Below are positions 49,134-60,199 of a stretch of 64,000 nt of DNA, piece after piece (the stretch's first letter is position 1; every line of letters starts with the position of its first letter). This DNA comes from Eledone cirrhosa (Eukaryota). Both the position numbers and the translations under genes were made by a program. Below the pieces are notes generated by a model. That model saw only the letters and a program-made list of their open reading frames with translations. It searched no databases and was not told the DNA's origin. The stretch is from the NCBI GenBank assembly GCA_964016885.1, contig OZ024743.1, positions 298,034,001-298,098,000 on the forward strand, written 5' to 3'.

Positions 49134-49679
49134 GTGAATTGAAGAGTTTGTGTTATTTTGTTCTTAAGAATTGGATGGGATTTTGTCCTAACTTTTACTA
49201 AATTGAATGAATTTTAGGCAATCATTTAGAAATGGTCAGCCCAATCACCCAATTTAAATGATCTCAAATGTAGATTGGAGTTTTCTATCGCAACGCCACA
49301 GTTCTCTTCTGTCAGACCTATTGATCTTAATGACCTCCCTCCTACAACATAGCTGGATGCCTTTCCTAATGCCAACCATATTTACTGTATGGACTGAGAG
49401 AGAGATGTAAGTGTGTGGGTGTTTTTCTCTATCTTCCCTTCACACCTAGTGCAGGTGGTGTTATTTATTTATGTCCTGTATAATAAAAAAAAAAACTTAC
49501 TTTAAAAAAAACATTGGTTGGCATCCAGCCAGTAAAATATTGCCTCAAATTCATGCCCAACCCATGCTAGTATGGAAAAAACATGTAAAAACGATTATGT
49601 TTATGTCATTACTCTCATAATCCAACACTATATCAGCTAACCTAAATAATCTAAAATGCAGATTGGCTTTCTTTAACAG

Positions 49680-49763
49680 GACATCACAATTCTCTCCTGT
49701 CAGATGTATTGATCTAGATGACCTCCCTCCTACAACTGAAAACACTATTCACAGAGACAACAG
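49680..49763 (+). CDS. BTB-domain gene, exon 5 (84 nt, symmetric phase 2-2)
   Basis: CTTTAACAG|G acceptor; AG|GTAAAT donor; TSQFSPVRCIDLDDLPPTTENTIHRDN. Confidence 0.75.
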
Positions 49764-49918
49764 GTAAATTTACAAATTTATTTTTGGTGTGTCAACACTA
49801 CCCATTAACAGAATGGATTGGGTGCAGTTTATTGTGGCACAAGCAATTAGAGAGGGGTTGTCATGCTTGGCTAGACTAAAGAATCCTTTCTACCCAATAT
49901 TGTATGTATATATATATA

Positions 49919-50309
49919 TGTAGCAGTGAATAAAATGTATTTTCCTTCTGCGGCGGAATGGTGTTACGGAGGTAAGTTGGCTGAAGTGTGAGCCAATCGA
50001 AACCTTCGGTGCACTAATTGGACTGTCCAGAACTACGTCACCAGGTGAGCGGAGGTGACCAAGAGAGACATTAGTCTACACTCCTCGCTGCTAACAACAT
50101 CTCCATCTTGCAATGAAGCGGACCAAACTACATCCTACACATGTAGATACTACCTGTACCTAATGTATCCGTTCAACCTGTACAACTAATAAATAGAGTT
50201 ACAACATCGATAATGGATTTAGTCAATGTTCTAAATGCCTTCTGATCTCTATTATGTATATTAAGAATTGACCCTAAAACCCGTTATAAAATGGTGACCC
50301 CGACGTGAT
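49919..50309 (+). mobile_element. LTR with tRNA-Trp primer-binding site
   Basis: Starts TGTAGCAG after (TA)n; internal AATAAA; TGGTGACCCCGACGTGAT (50292-50309) is complementary to the 3' end of eukaryotic tRNA-Trp. Confidence 0.7.
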
Positions 50310-50531
50310 ACGATACAACAAATCACATTATAAATGGTGACCCGAACGTTTAAGGACATCAACACAGAAGAAACCACATCTTTCCGTTGCAACGAACACA
50401 TCAACATTTCGCATCCCCCCCCCCCAAAAAAAAAACAAAGCCACTCGCCTTTTCTCGGGGTATGTACGCGATTAGCGTGAGTCCTAATATGTATTTGATA
50501 TATTGTCTTATTGTTACTAAATCTGCACATC

Positions 50532-51249
50532 AATGTAACGTACAAATGCTATTTCTTTACTCTTCTCTCCATTTTTTCCCCGGTCCATTCATCTATCTGT
50601 ATCATTTCGTCCAGAATCCAATCTTTGCTTTTTCAATGCTATTCGATAATTCTGTCTGATTGTTCAAAACAATCTTCTTGTATTTTTTAAATTCCCATAA
50701 TTCTTCTCTTATTACTGTTATATATGCTTGTTCAATTATGCCCAAAATTCGAGGATTTTATTTAAACCTTCTCGCTAACTACCCCATTCTCATTCATTTA
50801 ATTATGGCCGAAATTCTAGCATTTTATAAAATAACCTTCTCTACTCCCTCCTATTCTTCAACCCTCTCCCCCCTATATCCTGCTGGTTCTCTCTCAATCC
50901 CTTCCTCTCTCTCCAAATATAAAATAAACCTGTTGCGAGTACGAAACTCAGAATTCGTCAATCCCTTTTCAGGCTAGGCTGCTCGCTTGCTCGGTGAAAT
51001 GTAACGTACAAATGCTATTTCTTTACTCTTCTCTCCATTTTTTTCCCGGTCCATTCATCTATCTGTATCATTTCGTCCAGAATCCAATCTTTACTCTTTC
51101 AATGCTATTCGATAATTCTGTCTGATTGTTCAAAACAATCTTCTTGTATTTTTTAAATTCCCATAATTCTCCTCTTGTTACTGTTATATATGCTTGTTCA
51201 ATTATGCCCAAAATTCGAGGATTTTATTTAAACCTTCTTGCTAACTACT
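50532..51249 (+). repeat. Direct repeat of about 250 bp (50532-50782 and 50998-51248)
   Basis: AATGTAACGTACAAATGC...TTTAAACCTTCTYGCTAACTAC occurs twice with few mismatches. Confidence 0.9.
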
Positions 51250-51399
51250 CCATATCCCTCATACCCGCCCCCACTCACCACCATTATTACGTGGACCAAT
51301 CATAAGTCAGCGGCCTATGCTATCACTTCTTAAGTTTAGACCTGGTTGCCTTTCGATATGATGGATGGACTATGGAATTCTGGAGAGTTTGAAAAGAAA

Positions 51400-54300
51400 A
51401 AATCTGGACACTCAGTGACAATGCCAAAGATAAAGACAAATTCACCTCATGCTGCCAGACGAGAATGCAAGGACTCCTCCTCTTTATTTCGGCCGCGGAT
51501 GGCTAACATAACCCCCAACCCCCACCCAACCCTGCGCCCCACCGTTCCCACCCTCCAAACGCAATCCAAAACTTCAGAGTTGGTACCATGAATGTAGGCA
51601 CCTTAAAAGGTCGCTCTAACGAGGTTGTAGAAATGCTTGAATGTAAGGAGGTCGATGTTTGCTGTATTCAAGAGACCAGGTGGAGGAGTGGGTCTGCTAG
51701 ATTCATTGTGGGTAAAGAACGATGCTATAAGCTTTTCTGGGTGGGAAATGACAATGGGCTGGGTGGAGTAGGATTCATGGTAGCAAAAAAGTGGGCAGAT
51801 AAGATAATAGACGTAAATAGAGGGAACGACAGAATAATTAAAATAAGACTTGTCCTCAATAGAACTACGGTGACAATAATATCTGCATATGCACCCCAAT
51901 CCGGACTGCCTGGCGTTATAAAAGACAGATTCTATGAGTCGTTAATGCTCACTACCTCCCAAATAACCAACAGTGACTACATAATTATCGCTGGCGACCT
52001 AAATGGTCATGTTGGACAACATTGTGACGGCTATGACGGAATCCATAGAGGCTATAGGTTTGGTACTAGAAATGAGGAAGGCTCCAGAATCCTGGAATTC
52101 TGTGACGCAAATAACCTAACTATCTGTAACACTAACTTCAAAAAACGAGACAATCACTTGATCACCTATAGATCATGGGAATACACCAGCCAGATAGATT
52201 ATATCCTTACTAGAAGACGTGACAGAGTGTCTGTTGTAAACACTAAATCCCTCCCCCATGAAGAATGCACCTCTCAACATAGACTCATAATTAGCGACCT
52301 CATAGTCAGGACGAGACGTACTCGACAACAGAAGAGGACTATCCTCAGGAGAAAAATATGGAAGCTAAAGGACCCCACAGCCAGTAATAAATTTAAAAGC
52401 ATATTACTTGATGCTTTTGATAGTAAGGAAGAGCAATTAGAGTCATACAATATAGAGGAACAGTGAGAATTCCTGAAAGCTAACCTGCTGAAGGCGACAG
52501 ATGAAATCTGTGGCTGGAGCAGACCTATAGGCAGGAGGAGAGTAACTTAGTGGTGGAACAGTAAGGTGAAGGAGTCAATCAAGGCCAAAAAGCAGGCTTG
52601 GAAAGCATGGTGGGATGGGAGAAGTAGAGAAGACTATCAAGTGGCCAGGAGGGAAGCTAGGAGACAAGTGTACTTCGCAAGAAGGGAAGCAGAGGAAAGA
52701 AAGTTCAAGCATGTTCTACAGTACGAGGACCAAAAACGTGAGGTGTTCAGGATTGTTAGGCAATGTGTCAAGGAAAACCGTGATATTGTCGGGGAGAAGT
52801 GTGTCCTTAATGATGATGGTGTACTTGCCATCACTGACGCTGATAAGAAGGTAGCTTGGAAGTGTCACTACGAAAGGCTACTAAATGAGGAGAATAATTG
52901 GGAGAAAGACAGTCTCCCCAACATCGATCCAATAGAGGGACCAGCAGTGCAAGTTGAAGGTAGTATAAGTATGGCGATCAAAAATATGAAGACAGGCAAG
53001 GCGGCTGGGCCTTCGGAAATAGTTGCTGAAATGCTGAAAGCATCTGGAACGGTGGGACACACTATGGTCACCCGGATAGTAAACCAAGTCATACAGAATG
53101 GGGTTGTTCCGAAGGACTGGCATAGCAGCATCATCATTAACTGCTACAAGGGTAAAGGAGATGCCCTAGATAGGGGAAACTATAGAGGCATTAAATTAAT
53201 TGACCAGGTCATGAAGGTCACAGAAAAAGTAATAGCGCAACTAATCAGAGAGCGAATTGATCTAGATGAAATGCAGTTCGGGTTTGTGTCAGGTAAAAGT
53301 ACCACAGACGCTCTTTTCATTGAACGACAACTACAGGAGAAGTACCTAGCTAAAAGTAAACCCCTATACTTAGCTTTTGTTCACTTGGAGAAAGCCTTTG
53401 ACAGTCCCCCGCTCCATTATCTGGTGGGCCCTTAGAAAACTAGGTGTTGATGAATGGCTAGTGAGAGCTATACAAGCCATGTATAAAGAAACAGTCAGCA
53501 AGGTTAGAATTAACAACGAATATAGTGAAGAGTTTAGCGTAAAAGTTGGTGTTCATCAGGGCTTCGTCCTTAGCCCCCTACTATTTATTATTGCCCTTCA
53601 GGCTATAACAGAGGAATTCAAGACCGGCTGCCCATGGGAACTCCTATACGCAGATGATCTAACGCTCATAGCTGAATCAATGGCCGAACTAGAGAAGAAA
53701 TTCCAAACATGGAAGCATGGCCTAGAATCAAAAGGTCTTAAAATTAACCTGTCTAAGACTAAAGTTCTAGTTTGTAGGAAGGAAAATAGGGCACTGGTCC
53801 CATCTGGGAAATGGCCATGCTCAGTGTGTAGGAAAGGAGTAGGCAGAAACTCTATTTTATGTCCCAAATGCAAAGTATGGGTGCATAAAAGATGTAGTGG
53901 GATCACAGGTAAGCTAACTAAGAATATAGATTTTATATGTGGCCGGTGCTCAGGTGCAATGAGTAGCAGCAACTGCCCACAGAATACTAACTCATTCCAT
54001 TGCACAGATGGTTCTATAGAAATAGTGGACACCTTCCGTTACCTGGGTGACAAAATCAGCAGTGGTGGAGGGTGCTCTGAAAGTACAGTAGCTAGAGTCA
54101 GAACTGGATGGAAAAAGTTCCACTATTAGCCGCTAAAGGGTTCTCTCTAAAAATGAAAGGCAGGCTGTATGATGCCTGCATACGAATAGCAATGTTACAT
54201 GGTAGTGAGACTTGGGCATTGTGTGCAGAGGATATATGCAGACTGGAGAGGAAAGAAGCTTGCATGGATGTGTAATAGTAATATACGTGAACAGCAAAGC

Positions 54301-54970
54301 ATAAATGAACTAAGGGAGAAATTAGGAATAAGAGGGATCAGATGTTGTTTACTTGAGAGAAGATTACATTGGTATGGTCACGTGATGCGCATGAAAGATG
54401 ACAGCTGTATAAAAAGGTGCAGGGCGATAAAAATAGACTGTAGCCACGGAGTAGGCACACCCAGAAAAACCTGGGTCGACTTGATAAATTCCAACCTCAC
54501 ACACTTACACTTCTCCAAGACAATGTCACTAAACCGAGATCTTTGGCGCTACACAGTAATACAGAAGACACGCCTTGCCTAAGTACAAAGCGAAACCTAC
54601 AGTCAGTAGGCACCTCTTAACAAAAATACACCCCCGTCCCACTACCCCAACCCCATCCACACCACCCTTTTCGATGTAAAGTTATGTTGGTACCACAACA
54701 TCCAGTCCGAAATAAATGAGGTCGTGTAGGTGTCACGACAAAAAAACACACAGTCCACGCTGTAATGTGGCCATGTAGGTAACATGGTAAAAACCTCCCA
54801 GTCCACACTGTAAACGTGGTTGGTGTTAGGAAGGGCATCCAGCCGTAGAAAACCCGCCAGACAGTCCTATACGAGCAAGACAACCAATCTTGCCTCAAGT
54901 GGGAAAATTCCCGTCCAAATCCATGCAAGCGTGGAAGATGGACGTTAAACGATGATCATGATCATGATGA
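51400..54970 (+). mobile_element. Near full-length RTE LINE, inactivated by stops and frameshifts
   Basis: EN: NVGTL, QETRW, SAYAPQ, GDLNGH, IDYIL, SQH. RT: QFGF, LEKAFD, YADD, PHD-like finger. 3' UTR and (GAT)n tail. Confidence 0.9.
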
Positions 54971-54991
54971 TATGTGTGTGTATATATCTAT

Positions 54992-55300
54992 ATCATCATC
55001 GCCGTTTTACGTCCGTTCTTCCACGCTAGCATGGGTTAGACGGGTTGTCCTGTTGTGGGCAGTGTCCGGTCGGCTGACCTTGTCTTGCTCATACTGGAAC
55101 TGATTCTGGCTTGATTTCTACAGCTGGATGCCCTTCCTAACACCAACCTCATTTACAGTGAGTGCTGGGTGCTTTTTTTCCATGATGCCTACACGTCCAC
55201 TTTATAGTGTGGGCTGGGTGCTGTTTTGCCGTGGCACCTCCACGACTACTTTGCAGTGGGGGCATATTGTCTATATGCTTCTGTATTACTGCGTGACGCC
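54992..55300 (-). repeat. RTE 3' end of the 21050-21410 subfamily, tail-to-tail with the preceding LINE
   Basis: Reverse-complement match to the 3' UTR at 21060-21410. Confidence 0.8.
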
Positions 55301-55692
55301 AGCAAAAAATATATATATATACACACACACGCAATGTTTTACAACTAGATGCCCTTCCTGACACCAACCCTTTTAGTCACTTCTTATGACTCACAGGGAT
55401 ACAGTGTACCCATTTGAAACCAGATACACATAGTTTGGAGACACAATGCCTATATATACATGTGTCATAATGGGATCAGGAACTTTGAATCTGGTTGTAG
55501 CCATTGCCTACAAGAAGCAAGATGGAGGATAAAAGCATTTCTGCAGACCACGTAGTAGTATTGGAATAAAGCACTTATCTTTTTTGAAATTCCTTTATTG
55601 TCAACAAAAGCAAAGTTTCTCTAAAATTCTTCCAACTATTTCAAATTCTTTTTCTAAAGAATTATAATAACTTTTATTTCACTGAATTTCAG

Positions 55693-56005
55693 ACATATTA
55701 TTGCTGGTAACCAGGTTTCAAAGGAAGCAAGGAAACCTCAGGAAACTGCTCCTCAAAATCCAGTCGAGGACCCTATTTGTGTGATCGATGATGTTGAATG
55801 TATACAGCAGCCAATTCAGTTTACAACACTTCTATCTCCAATGCCTTTTATGCAACCCAAGTCTATTGAGATAGCACAACCCCAAGGGAAGAAAGTATTT
55901 ATTCTTGCTGATCATCAGAGAAGTGTAATGGTCCATTTGGCAGTGTTATGGAAAAGTAGAACATTGTGTGATACTAGTATTGGCAATGGTTCATGTAGAG
56001 TGAAA
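55693..56005 (+). CDS. BTB-domain gene, exon 6 (N-terminal half of BTB)
   Basis: TTTCAG|A completes phase 2; AAA|GTAAGT donor, phase 0; ...HLAVLWKSRTLCDTSIGNGSCRVK. Confidence 0.85.
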
Positions 56006-56787
56006 GTAAGTTAAGTTAAAGATTTACTGCTTGTCAACTTTTATTGCATAATATTCAGTTATTGACTAACCCATGCTAGCGTGGAAGAACGGACGTAAAA
56101 CGGTGATGATGATGATGATGATGACTGCAAGTTCAAACCTTGTTAAATCCATTGTGTCGTGCCCTAAGGCAAAGAACAGTATTCTGCTAATATTAGTCAG
56201 TTTATATGTAAATCTGACTTCAAAATCCATTGATTAGCAGTAAAAAATAGTATGAAGTTATTTTCTCCAAAAATTCATTCTCAAATAGAACATATTTTCA
56301 GAAATAACACTTATTAAAGATGTTGGTGCACTTGCACTCTTTTTCTTTGTCTTTATTAAGCTAATTCCACAGCTGATTCTTTGACATATGAAACATTTTA
56401 GATTTCATGTTTCTATTAAAAAACATGATTAGCTCTATTTGAGTAGAGCTATGGCACAAACATAACTGATGGAATGCTAAATAATTATAATAATTAAAAA
56501 AACAACAACCTAGCCCTCTGAACATAACAAATATATTGTTTGGCTTGATCTTCAACATTCTATCTATGGCTAATATGTCTTTATTGTGAGTCTGTAGGAT
56601 TTCAGGCATAGAGTTTACTTAGATTGCTAAGCTCCCTTGTTAATATGTTTGCTTCCCTATTTGTATGTAACCCTTTTAAGAATAGGCTTGTTTGTGTCCA
56701 TGACCATTGCAAACCCTCACAATCTTGGTCAGATGGAGTTATAATTTTCTTGTTTCTATTTCTATTCTTCTTTTGTATATTTTTCAG

Positions 56788-57756
56788 ATGCATAAAGTTG
56801 TCCTGGCTGCTGTGTCTCCTAAGCTGTTGTCAGTATTTACTACAGATACGCTCTCTAAAAATTTCATTCAACTTAACTTACCAGAAGACATTAGCCCAGA
56901 AGCTATAAATGCTTTTGCTGAATACATTTATGATGGGCACCTGGATCTTAATCCAGATATTTTACGTCATTTGCAAACCATTGCAAAACTACTATCCATG
57001 AAAGAATTTGAACAACTGCTTGATAGTCAACTTGAAATTGCATTATATCAAATTCATTATAATAACCAAATGCTTGCTAATTTATCCATACCACAAAACA
57101 TCACTACAGCACTCACTCAATTATCATCAACATCACCAGCTTCTTCAACCTCCACCATAGATATAAAAGATGAGATTCTCACAGGTGAAATAACACAACA
57201 TAAAGAAAATACAAACAATAGCTTTGAATCAGAACCTGAAGTTGTCTCAATGGATGTAAGTAAAAATTGTAGCTCCTTTGATAATATCGTCACTGTTCCT
57301 TGTGTACAAACTGAATTTGTGGGGCTTGAAGACAACCTACATAGCCAACAAAATGATAATGTATCATATACATCAAATACAAATTCAAGTGGTTCTAGGA
57401 TTCCATGTCCAACTTCAGATTTATCAGCTCTGTCCAATAAAACATTTGTTATACCAGTTTCAAACACCACCAATAGTAGAACATTAAACATGGTACAAAA
57501 ATCTAATGTAAAATCCAATACATTTCAAATCTCTCAGGGCGATGATTTGTCTCCTGTACCTTGTATTGTACAAAAAATATGTTCTCAGCCCAGTCCCATT
57601 GGAAGAAATTTATATAAACCTCTAGGTCGACTTGTGGTCAGTAGAGAAGTTGTTTGTTCCTTTGATTCTTCTACACCCAGAGAGAAAAATGTATCTTCAC
57701 AATCACCACAAGCTAAGGGTGTTGTCTCAATAGACTTAACAGATGAGCCTACTTGA
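56788..57756 (+). CDS. BTB-domain gene, last exon (C-terminal half of BTB, Ser/Thr/Asn-rich tail, terminal SIM-like IDLT)
   Basis: TTTTCAG|ATG; MHKVVLAAVSPKL...LPEDISPEAINAFAEYIYDGHL...IAKLLSMKEF; stop at 57756; AATAAA at 57998. Confidence 0.9.
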   Translation: MHKVVLAAVSPKLLSVFTTDTLSKNFIQLNLPEDISPEAINAFAEYIYDGHLDLNPDILRHLQTIAKLLSMKEFEQLLDSQLEIALYQIHYNNQMLANLSIPQNITTALTQLSSTSPASSTSTIDIKDEILTGEITQHKENTNNSFESEPEVVSMDVSKNCSSFDNIVTVPCVQTEFVGLEDNLHSQQNDNVSYTSNTNSSGSRIPCPTSDLSALSNKTFVIPVSNTTNSRTLNMVQKSNVKSNTFQISQGDDLSPVPCIVQKICSQPSPIGRNLYKPLGRLVVSREVVCSFDSSTPREKNVSSQSPQAKGVVSIDLTDEPT

Positions 57757-58117
57757 TGTCATATATTCTAACAATATTAGCTAATCTATTTCAAGTTTTT
57801 GTATTGTTCAACTTCAATTAACCATTTCTGGAGACTTTTTCTATGTTGTAATACTGGATTGTAGACAACAAGAAGTCATCTTGTATTTCAAGAGCTTCCT
57901 AACTCTACAACCACATCTTCTTGGTTCAGGAAGTAATTACACAGGTATGGACAAATAGAAGGCAAATGGATGATGTTAGATGGTAAAAATGTTCTGCAAT
58001 AAAGTCAGAAGATACCTGTGATAGAAAATAGTCATATTCTACCGTACAACACAGTTTTTCACATACACTGAATATAATGTCTTAAAATAAGGACTGTAAA
58101 TTATATAAACAATATCA

Positions 58118-59055
58118 TCTATATATCTAAAACAGAGTCTGTCTGACTCCCTAAAACTCGAGAACCACCCAACCAATTGTTTTCAAACTTTACACATGTA
58201 ATACTTATGGTCCTGTGAGTGTTTTGAGCAAAAATAAATTTCAAATTTAGGCGATTTAGTGATCTCTCTATAATTCTTAGTCTTTCTTTTTTGATAGATA
58301 GATAGATATAACGTCGCGCCCTTATAATATCTGGCTGTCTGCATTACAGCATTATAACGTAGCTGTGTGTGTGTGTATATATATATATAGTGTTTAACGT
58401 TTTTCGAAATATTTACTTCTGCGTTCACAGATTGATTTTTTTAGTTTCAGAAGATCCCGTTAAGGGTGAAAGCGGCGATTCTTTGATTAAACTTTAATCT
58501 GCTATTTTAATATATATATATATATATAGGCACACACACATATATATAGATATAGATATAGAGGCACATGGCTTAGTGGTTAGAGCATTGGGCTTGCAAT
58601 CGAAAGGTTGTGAGTTCAATTCTCAGACCGGGTGATGTATTGTTTCCTTGAGCAAGACACTTTATTTCACATTGCTCCAGTTTACTCAGCTGTAGAAATG
58701 AGATGGTAGAGACTAGGGTCCCTATCATTCCACTGCAAAGTGGTCGTGTAGGTGCCACGGCAAAAAAGCACCCAGCACTCACTGTAAATGAGGTTGGTGT
58801 TAGGAAGGGCATCCAGCTGTAGAAATCAAGCCAGAATCAGTTCCCGTCCCACCCTTGCAAGCAGGGAAAAGCGGACGTAAAATGATGATGATGATATATA
58901 TATATATATAATTATATATTCGTGTACAGATATTTTTGCATAGACAATAACATAATATAACGTATTTATTTCATGAGGCTCGATAAGGATAAATATATAT
59001 CAAATATATAAGAATCTTAGAGCAAATCCCGAGCAATGCCGGGCCATTCTGCTAG
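58118..59055 (+). mobile_element. Non-autonomous Helitron containing a SINE insertion
   Basis: A|TCTATATATC...CCCGAGCAATGCCGGGCCATTCTGCTAG|T. Confidence 0.75.
58563..58895 (+). repeat. tRNA-derived SINE with RTE tail
   Basis: Same family as 36991; inserted in a TA-rich tract. Confidence 0.85.
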
Positions 59056-59120
59056 TGTAAAATATAAAAATATATATTGATAAAATATTTATTTATACAT
59101 AGTATATATTATATTATTTA

Positions 59121-59957
59121 TCTATATATCTAAAACAGAATGTCTGTCTGTCTGTCCCCCTAAAACTCGAGAACCACCCAACCGATTATTTTCAAACTTT
59201 ACACATGTAATATGGTCGTATGAGTGTTTTGAGCAAAAATATTTCAAATTCTCAATGCCCTAAGGACTGCATTAGGCGAAAAAAGTATATTTTAGGCTTT
59301 AAAGGCTTTTTTTAGGCATAATGGAACAATAATCCAGGCGATTTCTTCAAAATTTGCATTACTTATGTTGTTTAAAGTGTTTTGAGCAAAAAAGGGACCG
59401 CTTTAGGCGGAAAACCGATTTTTTTTTTTTTTATTTTGGTTGCGTTAGGGCCTGTAACTGGAGAAGTACCCAACCAATTTTTTTTAAACTTTGCATATGC
59501 GTTACTTATGTTTCACAAATTTTCTTGACTGACTGAAAAAGATTTCAAATTTTTACCCGGGGACCGCATTGTTTAGCATTTTGGTTGCGTTAGGGCCTGT
59601 AACCTTAAAAGTATCTGACTAAATTCCTTCATGCTCTCCACCACTGCAGTCCCACATGCTTACTGCTCTGTAACTATTGCTTTCATTGTACCATAGCACA
59701 ACAAATACATGTTTGGTTTGTCGAATGCCTTTTTACTTAACCCTATCGTCTTGGCTTTCATGGGTTGAACATTTTCTCTCAGGCACCCAATTAAGTTAAA
59801 CCCCTGGCTATCTACGACAAATTTTTTTATAAGTACAAAATGTAGACACCATTCCCAGGCCGAGGTATTCCGTACTTCTCTGTACTGTTTCAGAAAGGAG
59901 GGATAAACATGCCAATCTATGTTTGGAATCCCGAGCAACGCCGGGCCATTCTGCTAG
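59121..59957 (+). mobile_element. Non-autonomous Helitron, same family as 58118
   Basis: A|TCTATATATC...CCCGAGCAACGCCGGGCCATTCTGCTAG|T. Confidence 0.75.
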
Positions 59958-60199
59958 TTATCACTAAACCTTAAAGAACATTAAAAACATATTTTTATTT
60001 TTATTTTTTAAACGAATACTGATCACAATGGAACTGTTATTTATTTGTAATTATCCTTTTAAAATGCCTTAAGTATGATGACAAACACCTTCCAATTAGT
60101 GTGAACACCATGCAGAAAACATAAATCTCATTAAGTCAGTAAAGAATTTAATTTGTAAAAAATAATAAAGGGAATTCATAAAATTATGTTATTTTCCTT

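Noticed and set aside
50925-50975. CTGTTGC...CGAAAC...GTC hammerhead-like string
   Set aside because: The core deviates at essential positions and the stems do not pair.
56707-56787. N-terminal extension of the 349-aa ORF
   Set aside because: This is the intron polypyrimidine tract; coding sequence begins at the acceptor at 56788.
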